A DNA stretch of 64,000 nt from Candidatus Woesearchaeota archaeon (GTDB lineage Archaea; Nanobdellota; Nanobdellia; Pacearchaeales; GW2011-AR1). The translations under genes and the position numbers were made by a program. A model generated the notes under the pieces. That model did not search any database, was not told where the DNA came from, and saw nothing but the letters and a program-made list of their open reading frames with translations. Shown in pieces: positions 49,206 to 57,638 of this stretch. The DNA lies in NCBI GenBank assembly GCA_964358765.1, contig CAYHPN010000003.1:43327-107326 (forward strand), read 5' to 3'. Within the stretch, counting starts at the first letter, position 1; each line of letters opens with the position of its first letter.

Positions 49206-50621
49206 ATGAAGTCTCTTAAAGAACATAGATATGATATCGAAAAGATAAAGAATAACATTAAAGCAAATAGAAAGGATAATAGAAAATTGCGGTTCGATCA
49301 TGGAAGCACCAACGCTACAAGGAAAAAAGTTACAGAAAAATACCATACTATTAACATTTCAAATTTAAACAAGATAATTGAGATCAATCCCAATAATAAA
49401 GAAATTACCCTTGAGCCAGGAGTAAAAATGTTTGAATTAGTTGAAGAATGTTTAAAATTCGGCCTTATTCCTCCAGTAGTTCCAGAATTTAAAGAAATCA
49501 CAGCAGGCGGAGCAATTTTAGGAGGGGCATTAGAAAGTTCTTCATTTAAGTTCGGTCAATTCGGTGATAGTTGTATTGAGTTAGACATAATCGATGGAGA
49601 TGGAAATTTGATTAAAACATCAAAGTCGAAAAACTCAGATTTATTTTATGGCATACAAGGGTCCTATGGAAGTTTAGGTTTGCTTACATTAATAAAATTA
49701 AAATTAATAGAAACAAAACCTTATGTAAAATTAGAAATTTGTACATGCACAGATTTGCAATCATCGTTAATGTTAATAAAAGAAAAAACATTCTCTAATT
49801 CCGACTTTATCGATGGCATAATATATAAAAATAAAATTGTAGTTTTGACTGGCACATTTTCACAAAATGCTCTTTCGTCGCTTGCATTCTCAAAAAGATT
49901 TGATGAATGGTTCTACAAGTATATTGATAAAAAATCAAATCTAACTAAAAATGAAATCGCCTATATTCCAATCAAAGAATACCTATTTAGATACGACCGC
50001 GGGGCATTTTGGATGGGAGATTATGCATTTAAAATCCTAAAAATGCCCTTGTTTAATTCTAGAATATGCAGAGGAGTATTCAATCATTACTTCACAACCA
50101 AAGAATTATACTCTGCATTACATCTTTCAAATTATTTTCAAGAATTTTTTATCCAAGACATTTATTTTCCTTTTGACAATGCAATCAATTATCTTAAATG
50201 GAATAAGAATAAATTAAATATCTATCCAATTTGGTTATGCCCAATAAAGGCTGTAAAAAATCCACAGAAACTTTCTCCCCATTATATCAAAGATACATTA
50301 TTATTAAATATAGGAATTTGGGGTCAATCTAAAGTTTTTCTTACAGATTACCTTTTGATCAATAAAAATATTGAAAAATTAGCCTCTCAAAATAAAGCAA
50401 GAAAAATGCTCTACTCACAACAATATTACACGCCCTCTGATTTCTGGAAAATCTACTCTAAAAAATGGTACGATAATCTAAGAAAAAAATATCATATGAC
50501 TATATTTCCAGATATTTATGAAAAAACATTTGTTTCTGAAAAATATAATCCTAATATATTCAAAGGTTTTCTCAATTATCATAAGTTAAAATTAAAGAAA
50601 TTCATTTCTAATTTTACATAG
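49206..50621 (+). CDS. FAD-binding (PCMH-type) oxidoreductase of the DHCR24/DIMINUTO family
   Basis: ITAGGAILGGALESSSFKFG...KNSDLFYGIQGSYGSLGLLTLIKLKLIETKPYVKL aligns with DHCR24 (VTVGGLI.G.GIE.SSHKYG...[35 protein letters not shown]). Confidence 0.55.
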   Translation: MKSLKEHRYDIEKIKNNIKANRKDNRKLRFDHGSTNATRKKVTEKYHTINISNLNKIIEINPNNKEITLEPGVKMFELVEECLKFGLIPPVVPEFKEITAGGAILGGALESSSFKFGQFGDSCIELDIIDGDGNLIKTSKSKNSDLFYGIQGSYGSLGLLTLIKLKLIETKPYVKLEICTCTDLQSSLMLIKEKTFSNSDFIDGIIYKNKIVVLTGTFSQNALSSLAFSKRFDEWFYKYIDKKSNLTKNEIAYIPIKEYLFRYDRGAFWMGDYAFKILKMPLFNSRICRGVFNHYFTTKELYSALHLSNYFQEFFIQDIYFPFDNAINYLKWNKNKLNIYPIWLCPIKAVKNPQKLSPHYIKDTLLLNIGIWGQSKVFLTDYLLINKNIEKLASQNKARKMLYSQQYYTPSDFWKIYSKKWYDNLRKKYHMTIFPDIYEKTFVSEKYNPNIFKGFLNYHKLKLKKFISNFT

Positions 50622-50645
50622 TAAACTTCTTAACTAATAAAATTT

Positions 50646-50742
50646 AATGCCCTGCGGGCAGTTCTATTATTGTAATTCATTCGGAAGTAAATTCCTCATG
50701 AATTCTATTTTGGCTAAATTTACTTTAGACAAAATAACTTCC
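50646..50742 (-). repeat. Partial, diverged copy (E) of the intergenic repeat element
   Basis: It shares aatgccctNcNggcag and attctattttggctaaatttactttagacaaaataact with copy C, and lacks the palindromic ccatgg module. It begins 25 nt after the oxidoreductase stop. Confidence 0.45.
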
Positions 50743-50945
50743 TTCTCATAAAGTTTTTATACTTTATATACTAAAATTTAATTGCTTTTCGTTTTGTCTT
50801 TGCAAAGTTTCAAAATATGAAGCATATATAATTTACATTGTAAATTTCTTAACTAATAAAGTTAAACCGTATATTGCTACACCAAGAAAAATTATCCATA
50901 ATAATATCTTAATCATAAACTCCATTTCAAATGCTTTTTTATTCA

Positions 50946-51809
50946 TTAATGCACCTCAACAGGACATTTATAATTTAGATCATTAGATTCAGTAGGTTTT
51001 GCTAAATCGACTTTTAATTTATCAGGTTTGTAAAAAATCACGCAATACCTTTTAGTTTCTCTCTCTTTTCCATCCTCTTGATATGTTAAAGAAATTGGTT
51101 CATCTGCCATTGACGATCTCCATTTCTGTGCAATGGCATTAAAAGTATTTATTAAGTCTCTATTACTTACCTTCTCATATTTATCTTCAGGAACAATTTT
51201 GTCTCCGTCTATAATTTTAGTCTTTAATATTTCTACTTGGCCATTAACTAAAACTTTTACAATCCCTCCTATAGCTTTAGAAACACAATCTTTAGAATCT
51301 TCTTTTACAAGTTTAATTATAACATCATTATTTTTATTAGGTTCTGTAGTAGAAATAAGAGGTACACATGCTTTAACATCGGGAATCTGTGGACACGCTG
51401 CACTTTTAGAACAAGGATCATATAACATTTCTATTGTCTTTGGGTGTAATGTTTCAAAGGATTCACTTTTTAATTTATTATTGTAAAACCAATCGTCTTC
51501 AAATTCCTTCTTCAAAAGTTTCTGATCTAAATTTTTCTTCCCAACTTTAGCCTCACCTTTTGCATTAAAATCATAAAAATTGTTCCCATCGTACCACTGA
51601 ACTTTTTTAGCAGTTAAATCATATCGTATAATTTCAATACCTTCTGCAAGAGGTTTAGTCATATTATATCCAGGAAGCAATATTTTTATTTTATCTATTA
51701 TAGTGTTGCCAAATATAAGTATAACGCCTAATGCAACTATAATTAATACAGTTACTGCCTTTCCTATATTTACTCCTTCATCTGCGGTTTGAGAGGCTTT
51801 TCTATTCAT
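50946..51809 (-). CDS. N-terminally anchored extracellular protein, possibly pilin-like
   Basis: ADEGVNIGKAVTVLIIVALGVILIFG is an N-terminal hydrophobic helix after a short polar leader. The start overlaps (ATGA) the stop of the mini-pilin ORF. Confidence 0.4.
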   Translation of the reverse strand: MNRKASQTADEGVNIGKAVTVLIIVALGVILIFGNTIIDKIKILLPGYNMTKPLAEGIEIIRYDLTAKKVQWYDGNNFYDFNAKGEAKVGKKNLDQKLLKKEFEDDWFYNNKLKSESFETLHPKTIEMLYDPCSKSAACPQIPDVKACVPLISTTEPNKNNDVIIKLVKEDSKDCVSKAIGGIVKVLVNGQVEILKTKIIDGDKIVPEDKYEKVSNRDLINTFNAIAQKWRSSMADEPISLTYQEDGKERETKRYCVIFYKPDKLKVDLAKPTESNDLNYKCPVEVH

Positions 51810-51973
51810 TTTCCAAATATCTTCAGATTTTTTAAAAATGCTGCCGCAGAGTTCATCTTCCCGCTAATAACTAAATATACTATCATTCCCAAAACCAGTA
51901 CTGCTATTCCAATGATCCATGGAATAAGATTATCCCAAACTAGTTGTCCTTTATTTCTTTTTTTTATGTTCAT
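51806..51973 (-). CDS. Unannotated 55-aa mini-pilin-like protein MNIKKRNKGQLVWDNLIPWIIGIAVLVLGMIVYLVISGKMNSAAAFLKNLKIFGK
   Basis: It is not in the ORF track (under 60 aa). A KRNKGQ class III signal motif is followed by a hydrophobic helix. Its TGA overlaps the ATG of 50946-51809 (ATGA). Confidence 0.45.
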   Translation of the reverse strand: MNIKKRNKGQLVWDNLIPWIIGIAVLVLGMIVYLVISGKMNSAAAFLKNLKIFGK

Positions 51974-52147
51974 CATTGTTTTATATAAATTTCATTTATG
52001 AATTTTAAATTATCCCAAACTAGCTGCCCCTTTCTCCCTACCCTTTTTTTCATAAATTAAAAAAGAATAAGGAGTATAAAAATACTTTGTAATTTTACTC
52101 TCTTAATCTAAAACGTACAATTTATAACATCTTTTTTCCTATATTAA

Positions 52148-54385
52148 TTGACAAAAAAGAGAATGGCAAACGAAAACTATAATCCGGATTATAATGGCCC
52201 TAGCTTTGGCTTTAACAATCAAGGAAATAACAATGCTTCTTCGATCATAAAAAAATATTCTCAAAAGTTAAATTCTCAGTTGAATTATAACTCTCAAAAT
52301 AATGCAGGCTATTCTAAAGAATATTCTCAGTTTAAAATTGAAATGGCTCCAGATCTTTCTAGATATGAAAAATGGGCAAAGTCTCTTGGCAATGTCCTCA
52401 ATCTAAAGATTGCAGAAAAAGACCGCATTAAAATGCAAAGGTATTTAGATATCGCTCATCTCGATGTTACTGCTTCTCAATCTCTAACCCTGGCAGTAAT
52501 GGCAACTTTTGCAGTATTTTTCGTAACAATTATGTTAGTTGTCGGAATTTATTTAATAAATGATAGTCTTCAACTTCTCTTAGGTTTTCTTGGAATCATT
52601 GCAAGTCTTTTTATCTTTTATTATACATATGGCATGCCTCAAAGGCTTTCAAATTCTTGGAGACTTTCTGCTTCCGCTCAAATGGTTCCTGCAATTTTGT
52701 ATGTTGTAGTTTATATGAAACATACTTCTAACCTAGAAAGAGCAATTCAGTTTGCTTCTCAGCATCTAGAAGGACCTTTAGCCTTAGACTTTAGAAAAAT
52801 ATTTTATGACGTTGAAATTGGAAAATTCTCAACAATCAAGCAATCTTTAGAGAATTATTTAGAAGAGTGGAGAGATTATTCCCCTGAATTTATAGAAAGT
52901 TTCCATTTGATTGAATCTTCCTTATTTGAACCAAGTGAGATTAGAAGAGTAGAAATATTAGAAAAATCATTGCAAGTTATTCTTGATGGCGTCTATGAAA
53001 AGATGCTGAAATACTCAAGAGAAATACGTTCTCCACTAACCAACCTTTATATGTTGGGAATTATTTTACCAACTCTTGGTTTAGCTCTTTTGCCCTTAGC
53101 TTCTACACTTTTAGCCGGAGCTTTCAAATGGCCCCATGTCATTATTTTATTTAATGTCATAATCCCTTTCTTTGTTTTTTATATGGTTTCAGAAGTTCTC
53201 TTAAAGCGTCCAGGAGGTTATGGTGAAACTTCTGCACTCCAGTTAAACCCAAATTATCAAAGTTATAAATCAAATAAACCTTACTTCAAAGCAGCTTTAA
53301 TTGCTTTCCCTATTTTATTAATTGGTTTGCTTCCCTTGTTGCTGCAAATAAATTATTCAGTTATAGGCCTAAATATTCCTCATGATTTTAAGATGGAAAA
53401 AATAGGTCTTGGATTTTTCGGAGATGTAAATGCTTTTGATTTTAAGCCAATTCCAGATGGTAATGGTAAAAGAATTGGACCCCTAGGCCCATTAGCCTTA
53501 GTTCTGAGCATGTTCATCCCATTATCTATTGCTGTATTTTTCTCATTTACATATTCTCAAAAAACTAAAAAATTAATAAGCACTAGAAAAGACACCAAAG
53601 TTTTAGAAACGGAATTTACTAATTCTCTCTTTCAATTAGGGAACAGATTAGGAGATGGTATTCCAGCTGAAATAGCTTTTGGTAGAGTTGCCGATTCTAC
53701 AACCGGGCAGAAAAGTTCTGAATTTTTCTTAGTAGTAAGTAAAAATATACAGCAAGGAGGCATGGATGTAGAAAACGCCGTATTTGATCAAAAAAGAGGA
53801 GCAATTACTTATTTCCCATCCGCTTTAATTGCCACCTCTATGAGAATTCTAGTAGAAAGCGTAAAAAAAGGTTTAACTGTTGCAGCACGATCATTAATGT
53901 CGATTTCAGAATATGTAAAAAACATAGAAAAAATTAATCAGCGTCTGCGTGATCTCTTAGCAGAAATAGTTTCCGATATGAAATCAAATATGACTTTCTT
54001 AGCACCTTTACTTGCAGGCATTGTTGTAGGTTTATCCGGAATGATAACATTTATACTTAACAAATTAGGAGAACTAAATTTAGGTGAAGGAAGTTCTCAG
54101 CTAGGCGGATTTGATATAAATACTCTTTCAAGTTTTCTGGATTCAACAAATATGATTCCTCCTTATTTTATACAAATTGCTATAGGGGTCTATATTATAG
54201 AAATTATCTTCATTTTAACTGGAGCTTTAATAACTGTTGATGCCGGGAAAGATCCTCTTAGGGAAAAATATGAATTAGCCAAAAACTTAAGAAGAGGTAT
54301 GTTCCTTTACCTAATTACGGCATTCATTTCAACTCTTGCTTTAAGCATACTAGCAGGTTTTGCACTATCAAATCTTGGGCAATGA
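52148..54385 (+). CDS. FlaJ/TadC-like polytopic membrane protein with two T2SSF-type domains (pilus/archaellum assembly platform)
   Basis: Two cytoplasmic helical domains separated by TM triplets: AIQFASQHLEGPLALDFRKIFYDVEIGKFSTIKQSLENYL and TEFTNSLFQLGNRLGDGIPAEIAFGRVADST resemble GspF/T2SSF repeats. It is 745 aa with about 9 TMs. Confidence 0.5.
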   Translation: MTKKRMANENYNPDYNGPSFGFNNQGNNNASSIIKKYSQKLNSQLNYNSQNNAGYSKEYSQFKIEMAPDLSRYEKWAKSLGNVLNLKIAEKDRIKMQRYLDIAHLDVTASQSLTLAVMATFAVFFVTIMLVVGIYLINDSLQLLLGFLGIIASLFIFYYTYGMPQRLSNSWRLSASAQMVPAILYVVVYMKHTSNLERAIQFASQHLEGPLALDFRKIFYDVEIGKFSTIKQSLENYLEEWRDYSPEFIESFHLIESSLFEPSEIRRVEILEKSLQVILDGVYEKMLKYSREIRSPLTNLYMLGIILPTLGLALLPLASTLLAGAFKWPHVIILFNVIIPFFVFYMVSEVLLKRPGGYGETSALQLNPNYQSYKSNKPYFKAALIAFPILLIGLLPLLLQINYSVIGLNIPHDFKMEKIGLGFFGDVNAFDFKPIPDGNGKRIGPLGPLALVLSMFIPLSIAVFFSFTYSQKTKKLISTRKDTKVLETEFTNSLFQLGNRLGDGIPAEIAFGRVADSTTGQKSSEFFLVVSKNIQQGGMDVENAVFDQKRGAITYFPSALIATSMRILVESVKKGLTVAARSLMSISEYVKNIEKINQRLRDLLAEIVSDMKSNMTFLAPLLAGIVVGLSGMITFILNKLGELNLGEGSSQLGGFDINTLSSFLDSTNMIPPYFIQIAIGVYIIEIIFILTGALITVDAGKDPLREKYELAKNLRRGMFLYLITAFISTLALSILAGFALSNLGQ

Positions 54386-54419
54386 AAAGCAATATATAAT
54401 CTATTTTTCTAATATTAAC

Positions 54420-55196
54420 ATGGCATTAAATTTTATTTCAGAAAATAAAGAAAAATATCTGGAAATTAAAGAAATAATTCCTCAAATAAAAATGATTTCT
54501 CTCCAGCTTCCAGAGATTCAGGAAATAGACCCAAAAGCCATAATAGAGGGAAAATTAAAGTTCGCTATGAAAAAACAAAAGGGTGAACTTTTCTGTGAAG
54601 ATACTTCTCTTTATATCAACTGTTTAAATGGTTTTCCAGGTCCTCTAATCAAGTGGATTCTCAAATCTCTCACCGATAAAGGATTAGCAGAATTAGTCTT
54701 AAAATAATGCCCTTCAGGCAGGGTGCAGATGCACATTTAGTAATTTAGTCAAAAGGCAAGTGTTGCCTAAATTCTTATTTTGGGCAAATTTACTTTGAAC
54801 AAAATAACTATATTTCCAATGGAAATTATTTTCGTTATAATTTACATTAGATTGAAATATAAAGATCATTCAGTAATTGCTAAAACAGTAATAGGATATA
54901 CTGATGGAAAAGAAATAAAATATTTCCAAGGTTCTATAGCTGGAAAGATTGTTTTACCTAAAGGAAATAACGGATTTGGCTGGGATAAAATATTCCTTCC
55001 ATTAAACTCAAATAAAACTTTTGGAGAAATGACTTCCTCTGAAAAGAATAAAATAAGTATGAGAAAAATAGCTGCACTAAACCTAAAAGATTATTTAAAT
55101 TCAACCGCCACTTCTTCTCAAGGTTATATAATTATTAATTATCAACCCTACAATCAAAACAGAAACAATATGTCCAGTAAATGCAGCAATAATTGA
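54420..55196 (+). pseudogene. Ham1/RdgB-family non-canonical NTP pyrophosphatase (ITPase) split by insertion of repeat copy C
   Basis: The N-terminal half (to 54707) MALNFISENKEKYLEIKEI...LFCEDTSLYINCLNGFPGPLIKW matches the Ham1 N-terminus. The C-terminal half (from about 54858) YKDHSVIAKTVIGY...GNNGFGWDKIFLP...KTFGEMTSSEKNKISMRKIA matches the Ham1 C-terminus (FKTVIGY..GYGFAYDSIFIP..TFAEMTTEEKSQISHRKKA). A stop-containing insert of about 150 nt separates them. Confidence 0.7.
54707..54859 (-). mobile_element. Repeat element copy C (MITE-like) inserted inside the ITPase gene, flanked by an AAATA (possibly TTRAAATA) direct duplication
   Basis: Its reverse complement carries the full 5' module taaattataacgaaaataatttccattggaaatatagttatttt and the 3' module aaattactaaatgtgcatctgcac-cctgcctgaagggcatt. 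Left junction cttaaaata|atgccc; right junction gattgaaata|taaagat. Confidence 0.7.
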
Positions 55197-55772
55197 AACT
55201 AGCCTAGCCGCGCCCATTGGACAGATATCTCCATATCCTACAGTAAAAAAAGTAACTGCACTAAAATAGAAGAAATCTCTTGAAATTAAGTTATCTGTTC
55301 CTATCATTTGATTATTAAAATCGCTTGTACATCCACCATACCTTATATATCCTCTTCCAGTTAATTCTACGATATTAAAGACCGTAGCAAAAATAAATAA
55401 AATCCCAAATAAGAATAATGCATACGCTCCAATTAAAGACAAGAGATTTTTGGGTTTTAATAAATGATCAATAAACCCTTTGACCATATAGCCCATAACA
55501 ATAATAAAATAAATAGCAATTAATATTTCTATAAATACTATTGGCAATCTTACTTTGTAAATTTTAGGATAATATTTTAATATATTTGAGAGTACTACAT
55601 AAACTAAAATTAATAAAACAAATTTGGTTAACGGTCTATTAAAAAGTATTCTCCTCATACCATGAATTTCTTTCCCTCTTTTAATTATAGCCTTCACTCT
55701 CTTTTTCATAAATAATTTAAGATTTTCTTGTTTAAAAGTCTTCTGAAAAGATGTATCTGCAAAGTCTCGCAA
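55101..55772 (-). CDS. Two-TM potassium channel (KcsA-like pore)
   Basis: The selectivity filter TVGYGD is flanked by TM helices (FFYFSAVTFFTVGYGDICPMGAARLVSIIAAF). Confidence 0.75.
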   Translation of the reverse strand: MRDFADTSFQKTFKQENLKLFMKKRVKAIIKRGKEIHGMRRILFNRPLTKFVLLILVYVVLSNILKYYPKIYKVRLPIVFIEILIAIYFIIVMGYMVKGFIDHLLKPKNLLSLIGAYALFLFGILFIFATVFNIVELTGRGYIRYGGCTSDFNNQMIGTDNLISRDFFYFSAVTFFTVGYGDICPMGAARLVSIIAAFTGHIVSVLIVGLIINNYITLRRSGG

Positions 55773-55783
55773 AACTCTAGTAA

Positions 55784-57517
55784 TTACCCAGATTCTTTAT
55801 TCTCATCTTCATCTTTAGTGTCCTCATCGGCATCTGTTTCATTATCATTATCCAAATCATCATCTGTTTTTTCATCGTCATCAGTTTTTGTTTCTTTTTG
55901 TTCAAATTTTTTTAGTGCTGATTCTACTTCTAAAACGGTCACTCCTAATCTTGCTGCAACTTCTGATAAAATAACCGCCTTATCTCCTGATTCTATCCTC
56001 GATGAATCCTTCACCCCTTCCCATTCGTATTTTACATCTGCAATAGTTTTACCATCTTTTTCTTTAACTTTTATCTCAACCTTCCTTTCCTTATTCTCTT
56101 CAAGGTCATTTTCTTCCTCGATTCTGGCTACTATTCGTAATTGATCTATTGTTAAAGCATTTGTTTGTTCAACAATATCAGCATAAATTTCTTCAGAAGT
56201 AATTCCACTTATAAATCTTAATTTAAATTTAATTTCAGCTCTTGTTTCTCCATTCTCTTTTCGTTCTAGATCAATTTTTACCCTCAATCTTTCCTTGCTT
56301 ATAAACTCTTCCTCGCTTCCATCATCTGTTTCATTTTCATCAGAATCATCATCTTCTGCATCTTCATCTAATTCATCAGAATCATCCTCTGTTTCATCCT
56401 CCTCCCGTTCGTCAGAATCCTCATCTTCTGCATCTTCATCTAATTCATCAGAATCCCCATCTTCGTTTTCTGTATCATTATTGTCTGAATCGTCATCAGC
56501 ACTATCTTCATCGTCATTGTTTGATGATCCAGTCGCTTGACCAGTAATTAAAGAATTATCTGAATTTTCTTCAGATCCATCTTCATCTAATTCATCAGAA
56601 TCTTCATCATTTGTTTCATTTTCATCCTGTTCGTCAGAATCATCATCTTCATTTTCATTCTCTAACTCATCAACCATCCCTGCAGACTCAGAATCATCTG
56701 CTCCTTCCTCAATCTTAGTTATCGTTTTTGCTTCATCTTGAGTAGTCGTTACTTGTGCTAGGGTTTTTTGCAGTAAGTCCTCAACTGTCAATAATGTTGA
56801 TGATTCTGTTTTTTCTTTAAAACTATATTCTACAGTTACTACAGAAACATTACCTATAATTTCTGCTTTTATTCGCTTATCTTCTCTTAATTCGTCCAGT
56901 TCATTTCTTATCTCTAACCTTGATCTACCTAGTTTTTCTTCAAATTTAATTAAAGATGTAGACTCTGCATCATCAATTTTCCCTTTTATGTTTTCTAACA
57001 CCCCCTCAACACCTAACAATTCTTGCAATACTAATCTTCTTTGTTCAAGAGTTAATTCTGAAAGTAAATCTTGTAATTGTGTCAGTTCCTCTTCTTGTAA
57101 AGAAAGAGTTTTCTCAACAGTTATAACATCTCTTAATATGTCTTCATCTTTTGCTTCATTTAATCGCTCTTCAATTCTAACTCTTACTTTCTCAAGAATT
57201 TTTTCATGTGATTCTTTAGCTTCTCTTATTTTTTCTTGTTTTCCTTTCTTACTCATTAATTTTATTTCTTCAAATCTTTCCTCAGCAATCCTTAAACCCG
57301 TAGTTTCCTTATCCTTGGAAAAAGTATATTTCAAATTATCCCAAGTCTTATCTAAACTATAAAACATACTTTCCGGTGTTGTTCCAGCCTCAATATCTTC
57401 AAACTCTGAATCTATTTCTTCAATACTTAAAGTAGAATCATCAATCTCCCCAGTAGCAAAAGGCATTACTAAAAAAAGAAAGATTATTACAAAATAGAAA
57501 TACTTCTTCAACCTCAT
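55784..57517 (-). CDS. Secreted, extremely acidic D/E-rich repeat protein
   Basis: Signal-peptide-like MRLKKYFYFVIIFLFLVMPFATG (the track starts 24 codons earlier at a TTG). There are long runs of DSDELDEDAEDEDSDEREEDETEDD with nucleotide-level tandem repeats around 56290-56680. Confidence 0.5.
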   Translation of the reverse strand: MRLKKYFYFVIIFLFLVMPFATGEIDDSTLSIEEIDSEFEDIEAGTTPESMFYSLDKTWDNLKYTFSKDKETTGLRIAEERFEEIKLMSKKGKQEKIREAKESHEKILEKVRVRIEERLNEAKDEDILRDVITVEKTLSLQEEELTQLQDLLSELTLEQRRLVLQELLGVEGVLENIKGKIDDAESTSLIKFEEKLGRSRLEIRNELDELREDKRIKAEIIGNVSVVTVEYSFKEKTESSTLLTVEDLLQKTLAQVTTTQDEAKTITKIEEGADDSESAGMVDELENENEDDDSDEQDENETNDEDSDELDEDGSEENSDNSLITGQATGSSNNDDEDSADDDSDNNDTENEDGDSDELDEDAEDEDSDEREEDETEDDSDELDEDAEDDDSDENETDDGSEEEFISKERLRVKIDLERKENGETRAEIKFKLRFISGITSEEIYADIVEQTNALTIDQLRIVARIEEENDLEENKERKVEIKVKEKDGKTIADVKYEWEGVKDSSRIESGDKAVILSEVAARLGVTVLEVESALKKFEQKETKTDDDEKTDDDLDNDNETDADEDTKDEDENKESG

Positions 57518-57638
57518 AAAAAAAGAATATCCAACCTCCTTTAAATATCTTCCGGCAATAGCAAATTTTAGACTTCTCTTTTTTTCCAAACCATTAAAAT
57601 TATGTAAGAAATTTTCATGTCATCTAAGCAATCAAGAA

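Noticed and set aside
54770-55085. Mismatch between the displayed nucleotides and the ORF-track frame for 54780-55196
   Set aside because: The displayed text puts the TTG/first codon at 54779, and has four A's at 55077-55080 where the track's protein (..AALNLKDY..) needs three. The two one-base differences cancel. I treated this as a display or track quirk, or my own reading error, and not as biology. Coordinates in this region may be off by one.
56290-56680. Tandem near-identical ~90-bp DNA repeats, considered as a possible CRISPR array
   Set aside because: The repeats are contiguous without unique spacers. They lie in-frame inside a long ORF encoding D/E-rich peptide repeats, and no cas genes are present. 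They are coding tandem repeats.
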